Program-made: the position numbers and the translations under genes
Assembly (NCBI GenBank): GCA_001643675.2
Contig: LSRY02000002.1
Location: 682,001-746,000, forward strand
DNA from: Monocercomonoides exilis PA203
Lineage: Eukaryota; Protista; Preaxostyla
DNA length: 64,000 nt
Direction of reading: 5' to 3'
Notes under the pieces: model-generated
Database searches by the model: none
Told to the model about the DNA's origin: nothing
Seen by the model: only the letters and a program-made list of their open reading frames with translations
Shown here: piece after piece, positions 1 through 13,100 of the stretch
Layout: each line of letters begins with the position of its first letter
How positions within the stretch are numbered: the stretch's first letter is position 1

Positions 1-825
1 GTAGAGTTATCAGTGAATTTAGAAGTTTAGCAAACAGGCAGATCAGCTATCGCAGCAAAGGATTGAACGATGTTGCAGTCCAGATAACAGAAGGCAGCAC
101 CAACTTGGAGGAAGTGGAAGAAGGATAGCGAGAGAGGAAGTTTGAGGAAGATGAAGGAGAAGAAGTGTGGATATCCTGTAAGGAAGTTGTAATAACGTTT
201 AGGGAGCTTTTGATAAGTCTGAAGTTACGCTTCCCGATTTGCATATATTTTTGTCAAAACATTTTCTTTTAATATTTTTTTCTATAACTTTTTTGGATAA
301 ATTTTTTTGATGTGTTTCTTTCTGAGAAACATTTGTTGATAAATAAAAAAAAGTTGCTCACTTTTGCTGATATGATAATAATTTTGTTGTTGAATCATTA
401 AAAATGAAAACTGCTTTGAAAATTGAGAGATTTCAATAAATGGCTACAGATTAATAATTCCATTTTGATAATAACACATCAATAACCGAAACTACTGCTA
501 TATTTTCCTATAGAAATTGTCTTAAGCATTATGGAAATAATTTTATTCATGTTTTTGAAACAAGAAAACTGATTATTTGTTCTGTTTTCTGAAGATTTGA
601 TATTTTCGAATAATTTGTTTAATTTTTTTTCAAAATTTGTAATAGAAACAATTTAAAACAGATTAAAATCAAATAATAATAAATAACATTATTATATTTA
701 ACAATATTTTCATGCAATTTCTAATATAAAATTCTTTCCCACCACACCCATTATGAAAATATTTTTTGATCAAACGTCGGAATTTTTTATGATATCAAAA
801 AAAATCACCCACATTCTGATTATTT

Positions 826-1079
826 GGGTGATTATTTTTGAAATCATAACTTTTTTTTGTATGTTTGTTTTTCAAAGGTTGTTTCTATTTTCATGGAGGT
901 TTTGTATTCGAATGATGAATTTATTTCATCTGTATTAAAAACAAATGTTAAAGCCGAAATAAAGATGATTATGTCATTTGAAAGTCTTTTCCTTTCTTTG
1001 TGTTCTTTTTTTGATGTTCAAGAAAATTATTCGAATCGATTATTTTGCAACAAAAATGTGATTTCGAAAATAATCACCC
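826..1079. mobile_element. MITE family 1 copy (254 bp)
   Basis: Left end GGGTGATTATTTTTGAAATCA and right end TGATTTCGAAAATAATCACCC are reverse complements; flanks are ATTT/ATAT. Confidence 0.8.
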
Positions 1080-1720
1080 ATATTTGTTGTCTGAAGCACG
1101 TGTTGTACAATAAAAGTTTGCGGAAGTGTGTGTTTGACAAAAAATAAAAAATAAATCATTTCTTTTTTATCATTATTCGAATTTCAACCAAAAAATGCAT
1201 TTTGAAGCAATTATCACTATCTCCATTTCCTTAATAAACATCTCAATCAAAAAATATTTTTTTTCATCTTTTGCATAATCGGATCTCAGTTTGATGTGTT
1301 TTTTTCTAATTTTGATTTTTTTATCATGTCCCATTAATTATTTGAAATAAAGAATTTTCCAATTATTTCGATTTCATGAAAAAACATTTCCTCACATAAT
1401 CATTAGCATTAAAAACAATGATTTAATATTTGTCAACATACCATGTTGTTTTTTTTCGATTTCAGTGAATATCATTAAGTGACATTATGCCTTTCTTTCG
1501 ATTTCATGAATTGAACAAAAGCTTGAAATCGCTGTTAAAGGGAAGATGCTTTAATCATTGAGAGATTTGAAGAGATTGTTGTGAATTCAAACAAAAAATA
1601 AAAATGTTCTGTAAAAATTGAAAATGAACAGTTGCAGCTTATCCAAAAGAATAACACAATAATGTTAAATCAAAATACCAAAAAGCAGATAGGGAAATAG
1701 TGATAATGAAAAACACACAT

Positions 1721-1960
1721 GGGTGATTCTTTTTGAAAAGTCACAAATGTTTGATTTACAAATAAATCTGAAATATCATATTTTACTCATATTTCTGTTT
1801 CAGCTCACAAATCTCCTCAAGAATGTTTGAAACAGCATTATCAAGAAATAGATTCCATTTAAGTGAAGTTTGATATTTGTTAACAAAATATTTAGCCAAA
1901 TATGATATTTAAGATTTATTTGAAAATTAAACATTTGTAACTTTTCAAAAAGAATCACCC
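1721..1960. mobile_element. MITE family 1b copy (240 bp)
   Basis: TIR of about 33 bp, GGGTGATTCTTTTTGAAAAGTCACAAATGTTT / AAACATTTGTAACTTTTCAAAAAGAATCACCC, with a perfect ACAT/ACAT duplication. Confidence 0.85.
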
Positions 1961-1964
1961 ACAT

Positions 1965-2477
1965 GTGTGATAATTTTTGAAATCTTGTGTTCTTTCGAAG
2001 AGGAGGAGGGCGGGGGGTGCATATTGCTCTTGTCTTCGGTCATTGACATAAGAAATTTCACAGATTAGATATTTCCTTTCGAATTATTGTCATTGAAAAA
2101 TATGATGTGACAAAAAGATATGTCAAAATTTTTTTGAAAAGTTCCTTTAGATTAATTTTCAAATAAAATAAAAATTTCATATTTCAATCAAATTTTTGTT
2201 TCCACTCACCAAATTTTACTGTCATGAAGATAAAATATTGGATGTGTTATTATTGCTATTTTGGTGAAGTTTCGTTTGTGGAAACAGAAATTTGATCGAA
2301 TTATTAAATTTTTATTTTATTTGAAAATTATACAAAAGGAACTTTTCAAAAAAATATTGACACATAGAAAGTGTATTGATGTTTTTGCAAAGCATCAGAT
2401 TGAATTCAAAGCTTTTGCGACAAATTTTTCTTTTCTTAATTTTGTTTGAAAAATAATGAAATCAAAAAGAATTACAC
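1965..2477. mobile_element. Degenerate family 1 MITE carrying a nested fold-back element
   Basis: Left end GTGTGATAATTTTTGAAATC, right end TCAAAAAGAATTACAC, flanked by ACAT/ACAT. Length minus the nested 2120-2363 element is about 265 bp. Confidence 0.55.
2120..2363. mobile_element. Fold-back MITE family 2 (long inverted arms)
   Basis: The arm TTTTTTGAAAAGTTCCTTTAGATTAATTTTCAAATAAAATAAAAATTT...TGTTTCCAC pairs with GTGGAAACAG...AAATTTTTATTTTATTTGAAAATTATACAAAAGGAACTTTTCAAAAAAA over about 80 bp. Confidence 0.8.
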
Positions 2478-2814
2478 ACATGAATGAGGAAATGATTTTT
2501 GAATAGCAAACAAATTCAAAAATTTTTGTTGAAAATAAAACATAAAATAATTGTTCATCTGTCTCACAAGCAAGATCGAACGAAACATGGTATCATTCGA
2601 TCAACCACAAATCAATTATCCTTCTCTTTTTGGGTCTTCTTTAATGTTAATATTCATTGAAAGCATCTACAACAACATGAAATCCAAAGAATAAAGCTTG
2701 TATGACAGAAATAAACTCTATGATAAAAATATTTTCTTTCATGTTTGTTCAAAGAAAATTTATTGTTTCACAACAGTGGATCAGAAAAAACATTATGAAC
2801 GAACGCCTGCATTA

Positions 2815-3056
2815 ATATGTATTTTTTTTTGAAAAGTTTCTTATGAATAAGTTTCAAAAAAAATAAAAATTTCATATTTCTATCAATTTTCTGTTCCTAC
2901 TCAAGAAACTTCACGAAAATGGAAATAATAACATTGTCAAGATCATGTTTTCGTGACAGTGAAATTTGGTGGCTGAGAACAGAAATTTGACCGAAATATG
3001 AAATATTTATTTTAAAAGCAAATAAAACAAAAGAAACTATTCAACAAATATTTAAC
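2815..3056. mobile_element. Fold-back MITE family 2, second copy
   Basis: Similar to 2120-2363 (TTTTGAAAAGTTTCTT...AAAATTTCATATTTC...GAACAGAAATTTGACCGAAAT); ends are approximate. Confidence 0.7.
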
Positions 3057-3131
3057 TTTTGTATTATTCTTTTTGAAAAGTTACATATGTTAAGTATCTG
3101 AAAGGATAAATTTGAACTTTTTTTGATAAAT

Positions 3132-3385
3132 GTTTGATTATTTTTAAAATCATATCTAATTTCGAGGTGTTGATTTATCAAAGATTGAAAGTTTTTTGTA
3201 AAAGATAATGTGATCAAATGCATAAATTACCACAACTGTCTATTTAAAAAAATTGAAAATGAATGAAAGATGAAAAATTTTTAAATAAGCTTTTTCTCTT
3301 TTCACTGTTCATTTGTTAACATTCAAGATAGATTTATGAATCGAAAATTTTGTATGAAATAATATGATTTCAAAAATCTTAACTT
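3132..3385. mobile_element. Degenerate MITE family 1 copy (254 bp)
   Basis: GTTTGATTATTTTTAAAATCATA ... AATATGATTTCAAAAATCTTAACTT, with the same subterminal motifs as the 58385 and 61232 copies. Confidence 0.55.
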
Positions 3386-5001
3386 TTTTTTGTCCGTTGA
3401 AAACGAAAATGTGTTTTTATCTTTGGCTAAACAATTCACAATCAAATGTTAAATACATTAATTAAAAGATAAGGTCCAATTAATGATGTGAAATAAAGAC
3501 AGATATGTCGGTTTCTGGCTTAATGATTTATCCGTGTCAATAAAAATTAAATCCAATCATAATTCAAAACCGAAATTTCCACAAGAAAAACCTATGACAA
3601 TAAAAAAAACCAATCAGATTTTCATCATTCTTTACGTTTTCAAAACAATACAAACATCAACTTTATGTGTGATAGAAAAAATATTTTATCTTTTTCTTTT
3701 TTTAAGAAAAAGTTTTTTTTTATTTAAATTCTTACCAATGAAATTTTGAGAAAAAAATTATTTTGAATGAAAAATTCTTCTTTTGAATTATTTTTTGGTG
3801 TATCCCTTGAATGAAAATGCTGATAAACTTTAAATAAACAAATGATTAAATGATTTGAAAGATTTTTTAAGCAAAAAAATAAATTAAAAACAACTTCACA
3901 AAAGTTAAAAAAATCTTAAATGTTGATTCTTATTTATCAAAAAAGAAATGAAAACAAGAATTGACTTTTGATAAGTATTTACCCCGACAATTCTTAAACA
4001 TAAAAAAAGTTGAAAAAAAAGTTGAATGAAAAACGAAAACATTTTACAATGAATAAACAATCAGCAAATGGCTAAATTCTGCAATCTAAAATAAAAATTC
4101 AAGTTAATTTAGCATGTACATAAATTTACTTGATATTGATACTCCTTTCATGCACAAACTAAAATAATAATAATAATAATAAAAATTATTCATCAAAAGA
4201 TTCTAATTGCAAAGAGGCTGATGATATTGTTATCAATAAGAATTGTTGCTAACAAATTAATAAAGAAGATCAATTGGAAACAAAGATATATAACTTCCAA
4301 AAATTCAGTCAAAACACAATTACGTGATTTTCTATAATTGTAAATGATTGAAAAAAAAAAAAAAAAATAAAATAAAATAAAATCAAAAACGAATATCTTT
4401 AGATTTCAGAAATTGTGGTTGACAGATATAGTCATGTATATGAATAATAAATATCAACCAACCAAAATAAATATACTAAAAAAAATGTTTTTTTTATAAT
4501 AAGAAAACAACATTATGCCGAATAAATGCGCATACAAAAATTGGTATCCTCCTCAGATCATGAAGATAAGAGGACGAGGCCTCGAACGATATTCAATGAC
4601 AAAATGGTTAATACCAAATAAAAGCAAAAACACAAGTAAAAGAGTACACAAAATGATGTGAAATCGAGTGAAATACACTTAAAAACTAATTTTTTCTTTA
4701 AAAAGTGATTACGCAACAATCACACAACATAGTAACGCTTCAAGTTACATAGTAAATATATAAGACATGATTCAATTCCAATTCGAAAAAAAAAATACTT
4801 TCAGGTCATACGCATCAAAATGCGTAATAATCAACGAAAAGACTGAATACAACAATATCTTAAAGAAAAATGCGAAAACACATAATATTTACAAAAACAT
4901 TTCTTAAATCAAATTCCATGAAAGAAATGAATAAAACTGAAAATAGAATTTTAGCCAATAAAAATTGTAAAGCAAAACATTAAATCATTAAATCATTAAA
5001 T

Positions 5002-5032
<31 letters not shown>

Positions 5033-5042
5033 TTAAAAATAC

Positions 5043-6775
5043 TTACGAAAAGAATGGACGAATATGTTGTGTAGTTGATGTTTGGATGAGTTTTGACTGG
5101 TGATGAATCAAAGAATCAACAATATCGCTCCACCCGTCTTCTTCGGCTGATTCATATAAATCATCCTTCAAATTAGTCCAAAATGACTTCCCTTCTCCAA
5201 CAAGCTCTTCATTTTCAGTTGAATTTTTTTGATGTTCCACACCCCCATCCTCTAATTGATCTATGTCCTTTTCAGAAATTTCGCTCTTTACAATAACGTC
5301 TTCATTTTTCTCTTCTTCTTCTTCTTCTTCTTTCATTTCCGCAAATTCATTACTGCTCATCTCATTTCGGCATTCATCAATTTTCTCATTCCCTTTCTCT
5401 TCATTCTTTTTTGAACTTTGTTCTTTCTGAATTCGAATTACCAATTCCTTTATCACACTTACAAGTGATTCTGTTAATGGGACTTCAAACGCATCCAAAA
5501 TCCACTGACTGCCAAGTAAATGGAACATGTTTCCATTTTCTTCGCAGCTTGGCTTAACATCCAGTTGCTGCTGCTTTGGCATAACTATTTCAGCCTCATC
5601 TGCAGGAAGATGACATTTAAGTGCTTCATTCTCCGAAGAAAATAGAGCCTTCACAGCAGATTCGTTTCCTGAGCAAAAAATTCGTTTCATAACACATGAA
5701 CACGTAATTATCAATTCTGATAACTTTTTTGTGCTTATTATTTCATGTTCATCATTGTGTTTCTGATCAACAACATTAACAATCCACGTTTTGCCTACCT
5801 GCGAGTAGTAATAGGAAAATAGAGAAAGAAGGGATGTTGATTGAGACAATAAAATCAATGCATGATTCGAAGATTGAGAAATGGTCCAGATTAAATTGAC
5901 GATATCTTCCATCGTGTTGCTTGAATCTGTATGCTTCCATTCACCTTCCTCTAAGACGGTTGCTAGTACATCTGAAACCATGCGAGATATTTCAACTGTG
6001 CCTGCTTCATTTACGCGATTTTCATTCCACCCTCCGCAATAGTAAAAAATCCAGCAAAGATTGCATTTTGCAGAAGTTGAAATTGAAGAAAAAATGTCGA
6101 TTTGTTCAGCGTCAAAATGCGATTCTGATTCCGAAGCAACCACAAAATGAATTATCATATCCATTATCTGTCTATCAATTTGTAACGATCTTAGAATTTT
6201 TAGCGTTTCTAAAAATTTCATAAAAGATTATAATTAAAAAAAAAATATGATTTATTCAAACCAAAGTGTTGAGCAAGATTCCTAAATACAACAAGAATAT
6301 GCTCCACAATCTTTATTTTATCACGAAGATCACCACTTGTGTATAAATGCTTTATTAGTGATGGAATTGTTGTCTGTACAACAGACGATGGAATCAAGCA
6401 CTTTTTCATAATAGCCAGATAGCACAGCATCACAGTAACATTGAACTCATTTTCTAACTTAATCGAAGAGATATCTTGCTCATAACTTTTAGTAGTAGCG
6501 CAAATAGATTTGAGCTCTCTCTCCAACCTTGAAAGAAATCCGGATCGGCAAAAGGCAAAATAAAACATATTCAATTGACCATGTTCCAAAGAGCCATAAA
6601 TCGCAATGTCTTCAACGGCGTTATAAATTTCAAGAGGGAGAGGTTCGTCTATGCTGTAGATTTCATTTATTTCACGCAAAACGGAACTCAGTTCATCATT
6701 AATCGAAGCTCTCTTTTCATTTTCAAAATTTACCCATAAACGACCATGTAAAGATTTCAATCTAACAACTGCCAT
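5043..6775 (-). CDS. Hypothetical alpha-helical (ARM-like) protein, 2 exons (6775-6262, 6208-5043)
   Basis: ORFs 6218..6775 and 5043..6221 are joined in frame by a 53-nt GTTTGA...TTTAG intron (6209-6261), reading ...AQHF-E-TLKILR. Helical Leu/Cys-rich composition with an acidic C-terminal tract. Confidence 0.7.
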
Positions 6776-7116
6776 ATATTTCCGATTTGAAATTGGTGAT
6801 CCTACTCAAAAATTTAAAATAAAAACACAACGAAAATTGATAATTTTTACAAACTCTTCGAAAATGATGCAGAACTATTATATTCATCTGATGTAAAAGG
6901 CAAAGATTTTTCACCCCTTCCATAGCAAATCGAACTCGAAAAAGCAGCAGCAACCATTTTAATAGGCTTAAAAAATAAAGTGTCGCAGCCCATTTTTTCC
7001 TTTTCGAATATTCAAGTCAAATTGAAAAAAGAAGATGAAATGAGCATAATGTTTGAAGATTATTCAAAATGAAGAACAAATTCGTTTTTTCGATAACCAT
7101 ATCATTTTTTTGTGAA

Positions 7117-10100
7117 ATGTCTCATGAACAAAACGCACTCCAGAGGCTTTTACAATCAATAAAAAATCTTTTAACAAATCCAACATTATATCCAGATGAT
7201 GAAAAATATATTACAACATTTCAACAATCTCCTGGATCAATGCTTATATGTTTTGAAGGAATTGCCCAGCAACAGGTTTCTCATTTATTGTTCGCAATAT
7301 TTCATTAAAAAATTATTCCAAAAAGATTGAAGCACCTATAAAATTATATATTGCAAGAATACTTAACATGATTGTCCTTCATTCATGGTTTTATTTAGTT
7401 ATTTTTTCTTTCAAAAAATTTATTTATTGATTTGTTTTTTAGGAATAAATTGTCGAGTGATGCAAAAAACCAACTTTTTTGTCTTCTTTTGAAACAGCTT
7501 ATTTTTATCCATTTAATTAATCCCCCAAACGAGCTTATTAACCTTCTTTCCGAAACATTAACTTTCGTTCTTATTGAAGCGGATAATTCCGATATGCTAA
7601 CGATGCTATTCCTTGCTGTCCAATTTATATTGTTGTGCTTCTCTTCATTTTATGGATGCACACTGGAACACATTCAATTTTCTTCAATCAAAAATATAAA
7701 ATTACAATCATTTAACATAAATATGATCTCATCAAAATCTTCATTTTCTACATCATTTCTTCAATTTATAAAATTTATTTGCAATCAAAAATATCAATTT
7801 GCACCAACAGCTTCATTAATGCGAATAGATTGGACATCGTTTGATCGAACATTTTCATTATTTATTGAAGGATTATTCGGCTCAGGCGATGAAAATTCAA
7901 CCTTTTCATTAGCAAATGTGAACATCCTCCAAACGTTGTGTAAACTGACATATCAGTTGATCGAAAAAATAGAAGATTCCATCACCAAACGAACTGTTAT
8001 TGAAAAAGATAACGAACTATTTTCAACGAGGATGAATGCAAATGAATCATTGGAACTCGATACAGGGAAATATCATCCAACAATGAAAGCACGAAAGAAA
8101 GACATGGAAGTGGTGAAGAGAGGCAAAGAAGGGATTGACGAATTCGGCTCATTAGTTTATCTTTTTCTCAATCTTGCCGTGAAACAATGCAATCCAACAA
8201 CATCAGACACTTTACCAACCACAGCAACTCCTCCGGGCTTTTCTTCAGTAAAAAACCCTCCATCGGAGCTGCTTCTTTGCTCTTTGTCTCTTTGCCAGCA
8301 ATGGATGGTCCATATCACTTACATCGAAGCTCTATTCATGTTTCCTATTCCTCAAATACTAGTTTCGCTCCTTAATCCTCCTGCAGACACATCAACGCTT
8401 TCACTTCAAACACAGTATCCTTTGTCTTCACCGCTTCTAATCGACCTGTATCATTCTTATCTTGTTCCACTCTGCATAACACTCACTGAGCTCGTGTCTC
8501 ATCAACCAATCACTCGAGGCGAGCAAAAGCTTTTTATCAAAAACACTTCAAATTCTTCGCTGTTGCAGCCATCATCATATCCCTCAAAAATAACACCTCT
8601 TTCGCTTTCTTCACTCACAACACCCGACTCTTCTCCCATTTCATTATCCCTAACAAGCGGCAAAGTTCTATTCAATTCACTCTTATCGACTCTTCTTCCT
8701 CGTCTTTCTGACGCCTTCGCCTTTGTCTGGTCTCTGAAGCTATCTTTCGATTCAGAAGCTTCCTCAGCACAATTTCCCTTTCAACAACTGACATCAACAC
8801 AAACATCCTCAATCACAGCAGCTTCGGGCTCACCTTCAACCTCTTGCGGGATGAACAGAATAAACGAAGAGCTCCAGTCGCTCACCAGATTGACAAGCGA
8901 AGTGTTTGCTGTCCATTCGAGCACAATGCTCAGTGCCACTGATGCTGTGGTCGAATGCGAAAGACACCAAATACTCCGCGATGAAGCTGAGCACCTCCTC
9001 CTTCAATGGGCACAGTCAACTTGCCCATCGCAGCAACGCACAAGTCACAACTTTGGAGGCGGATTTTGCTCTGCCTCTGGTCTTGCTTCTTCTCAGTCAA
9101 TGCTCACAGCAGCACCTCCACCCGAACTCACTACTTTACCTCCATTTACCCCGCCTTCATTTGAGTTGCCGCCTCAGTTTTCGGACTGGCTGCTGTTTGC
9201 CACTCGTCTTTTGAGTGCCGAAGGGCTGCCCCAATCAGCACTGGACGACTGCCTCGAAATCCTGGAGTCGGTGAGTCACTCACCACAGCTCTGCTTTTCA
9301 GCATCTCCTTCTTGTGATGATGCACCTGTTGGCTCTTCATTTTCTTCGTCTTCATCACCATCATCATCTTCATCTTCTTCTTTGACTTTTACTCGAGCGA
9401 GCATGCCATCTGCTATGCTTTCTCGTTCTGTGAGCTCGTATTTTGATTCGATTCCTCCACCTTCGTCATTTGTAAGACCAGGAATTGAATCGATGCTCCA
9501 GCCTTTTTTCCGAAGCATTGTGACAATTGCATTGAACCAGATGACGTCTTCACTTCATCGCATCCGAACTTCATATTCTTCTCTTTCTTCTTTCCCTTCT
9601 TCAACATCGCAGATGCAGCTGCAATCACCTGTCCGTAGCATCAATCTCTCCAGCAACTGCTGCTTTACAGTTATGCTTAATGCCATCAGAATTGCACATC
9701 ATTCGCTTTCAAATGGAGTGTTGCCTATTCTCGGAGAATCCCTGCTCCAAACAGGAATACCTCTTCTGTCTAATTTGAGAGCACTAAAAGACAAAGCACT
9801 TTCAGAAACTATTCGACAGCTCGAAGTAATTGACAACGGAATGAAAGCGGATGCAACAAACAGCAGCAAAAGATTATCTTCAATTGAGAAAAGCAGGATA
9901 ATCACAGAAATTGTTGGCTATGCCCTCTGCAGCAGCGCTGAATGGGATTCCGTGTGTGTAATTTTGAGTGCAATGCGTGCTGCAAACGAAGAACTGCTGG
10001 AACCTCAGGCGATCCTTGCATCGTGTTCGGAGAATGAGGAAGCAGATGGAGATGGGTGGAATAGTAACAGTAACAGCGACTCAGACGATGAAGAAGATGA

Positions 10101-13100
10101 TGCTCCACTTTATATTTCTCAGTCATCTCAAAATGAAACACAGAACTTACAGTCTCAATCGCAAAAGATGCAGCGGTTTGCAGAAAGAATAGCACCAATA
10201 ACGAATGCCATCACACAAACAGGACAGTTTCTGCAGCAATGCGTGCAGCTCTGCACAGTTACGCCTCCATCGTTACCTCAATCAACAACTTTAGAAGCGA
10301 CAACTTCAAATGCTTCAACAGAATTTTCACAAGGAGATATCACAGATAACAATCACTCCGTTGTTTTGCTTCCCTTTCTAATGGTGCGTGTATCAATTGA
10401 CTGGATCGGCTCTCTTCGGCAGTGGGCTTCTCTTCCGCAGACGCTGCCAATGTGCTTCCCATTGATTTCCTCGTTTGTTGTTTCTGCTCTGCAGCACCAC
10501 TTTCTGTTCGCTTTTGACAGCACCGAAGCTGAAAGTGAGCTGAAAGGCAGAGATGCCCCTGGAATATACCAAGGGGCTGGATCATTAGAGGAGCGAGCGC
10601 TTCGAACAGGACAGTTGTTTGAGGCAGTTCTCCAGCAAAAAAGTGTTGAAGAATGCTTTTCTGTCAACAAAAATGCAATAATTTCGCTTTTTAACACGCG
10701 CATTTCGAAAGAGTTGAAACTACAGAACGAAATGATAAAGTCAAAAATGGAGTTTCAAACAAAAGATGACTTTGAAAAACTTGAAACCAAAGAAGAAGAA
10801 GAAGAAGAGGAAAGTCTTGAACAAATAGACGAAGACAACATGTTCGCGTTACATTCATCACATTCGGAGATGACTGCCGAGCAGCTTCTGTCGCCTCTCA
10901 GCATTCCGCCAGTCAATTTCTCCGCACTATTCACCGGAGAAACTAATCTGATCCCTGTGCAAATCAACCAGCAAGGCAAAGAATCAAGCTTGATGGCAAG
11001 AATACACAAATGGGACATTTCGCATCTGCGAATTGATGGAACTTTTTCGTCGTCTTACAAAAACACATCTATTTCTCGTGTTGCATCAGCTTCCCTGTTG
11101 AAGATTGTCGAAGGAATTTCTTTATCTTCCTCTGTTTTTTCTTCATTATCTGATCCAAATAGCACGCGAAACGTCTTGTTTCAGCGGCTTCTTTCTTTGT
11201 CTCATCATCTGATGCTAATTTTCTGTTCCATTGACTTTCCATCACAATTGTATGCTGCTAAATGTGTTTCGCTTATTCTCGAAAAAGTGACTGTTGCTGC
11301 AAAAAAGATGACTGGATCTGCAAACCAACAAACGTCTTCTGCTTCTTCACAAGTTAAACAACAACAAACTGGAGCAAATTCTTCACTTCAACATGAACTA
11401 ACAATGCAAAAGTTAAGAACACCACTTTTGCCTCAGTTTGACCTGAAGGCAGTGTACTGCTCTATAATTTCGTCACAAATGCACCATCACCAAATATTTT
11501 CACAGTACCTTCAAATGATAACATCAGAATCACCAATAACTTCAACGGAATTCCCTTCAAATTCTTTGCTTGTCAACCAAAATTCTAATAATCTTCCGTT
11601 ATCTTCTTCTTTGCACTGGCTATTTTTGTGCTTGACTGATCTTATTTTAGGCCAGTTGCCTTCACTTTCATCTTATTCTGTATTTTCTCAAGAAGAGCTG
11701 AAGTATTTCATGAAAATGATAATTCTCACACTCTCTCACATAACAGCTGTTTTGCAATGTGCCCGCAGCCCATCGCTTTCTTCTTCTTTGTCATCAACAA
11801 TGAAGATTGTGACTCAACTGTGGGAAGCAAATGTGATTTCTCAAATGAAACAAAACACTCTTTCAACACCATTTTTATCAGACAATTCTTCTTCTTCTTC
11901 AATGTCTTTGAATACTAAAAATTTGCTTACTCGCTTTGCTCAAGGATGCGTTTCTTCTCTTCATCCTTTGTTCTTCTGCATCCAGCAAAGATGGCAGTTC
12001 ATTGCAAACAACGTCACTTTTCTTCTATCCAAATTAATTCTTCCAGTTACCAATTCATCAACTTCAGAAATAAACTCAGTTCAATCTGCGCCTTTTCTTT
12101 CACCCACATCACCAAATGCCACTTCATCTCTTATCGAAACACCAAAAACAGCTTCTTCACTTTCCATTTCACAAAATGCACAAGAGAATCTCTTTATGAC
12201 GCTATCATCATTTCTGATATCACTTCGCCACACTCTTTCGTCTTCTCTGCTTCTTTTTGCACATCCTCTTTTCGACTGCAATTTTATCCCGTCGCTGTGC
12301 TCATTCATTCATCCTCCAAGCTCAAACGCCTCTTTTTATCTGTCTTCTTCCTTTGTCGACTCTTTCTCCCACTTCGCTCTTCTCTGCTCTCCCACAACAT
12401 CTGAGTCACCGCTTCCTTCTCCACTTGACGACTCTGCCGCTTCTTCATTTGTTTATTTGAAGCCCTTCTCATCTTCCTCCAAGATCTGGCTGACCACACC
12501 TCCACAAGACGAGCTTTCATTATTCTCATCAGAAATGAGTGATACACACTTCATCATAACTCCTTCAGCATTCCTTTTCTCTCTCCGCATCCGACTGCTG
12601 TGCCAGTTGTGGCTTGCTTATCATCGGTCACTTCAATCAGCTGCTGCTCATTTACTGCATAAATCCCCAGCCGCTGCACAAGCAGTCACATCCGTTGCTC
12701 GCTTCTTCTTTCGTCTGTGCACAGCAATTGTGGCACTGATTCTCCACGTGCAGAGCGAAGAGTGGTTTGAGTCGTCGTATGCCTCCCCTCGCTCCTATGC
12801 AGCTCTCCCTTCGCACATCTTTGCCTTCTTTCCGTTTGCTGCTTCGCTGATCAATCCTTCTCTGTTGCTTTTCACTTCGGCGCTGTTTTTCTTTGCAGAG
12901 AGAGACACAACAACAGCCTGTTTAGAAGCAATATGCGCGTTTATCTCTCTTTATGCACATTGCAGCGCGCCTTTGAAATCATTCACTTCAAATCAATCGA
13001 ACAATTCGTCCTTCAGTTCTTCGACTGGCGGAGCTTCGCTTTCTTCTTATCACATTGCAAGAGGAGGCGATGACATTTTGCTATTCCCCGATTTTGTGAC

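Noticed and set aside
1-244. GC-richer, purine-skewed segment with a 65-aa minus-strand ORF
   Set aside because: Every frame is interrupted and no motif is recognisable. It may be a gene or repeat fragment continuing outside the window, but it cannot be called.
826-1960. Recurring GGGTGATT motif considered as a CRISPR-like array or promoter motif
   Set aside because: The motifs occur as inverted pairs about 250 bp apart with TSDs, not as direct repeats with spacers. The context is eukaryotic with no cas genes.
753-3749. Short ORFs in the left AT-rich flank (and likewise 57962-61626)
   Set aside because: F/I/K/N-rich chance ORFs overlapping MITEs. Shared peptides such as ISKIITH simply translate the TIR.
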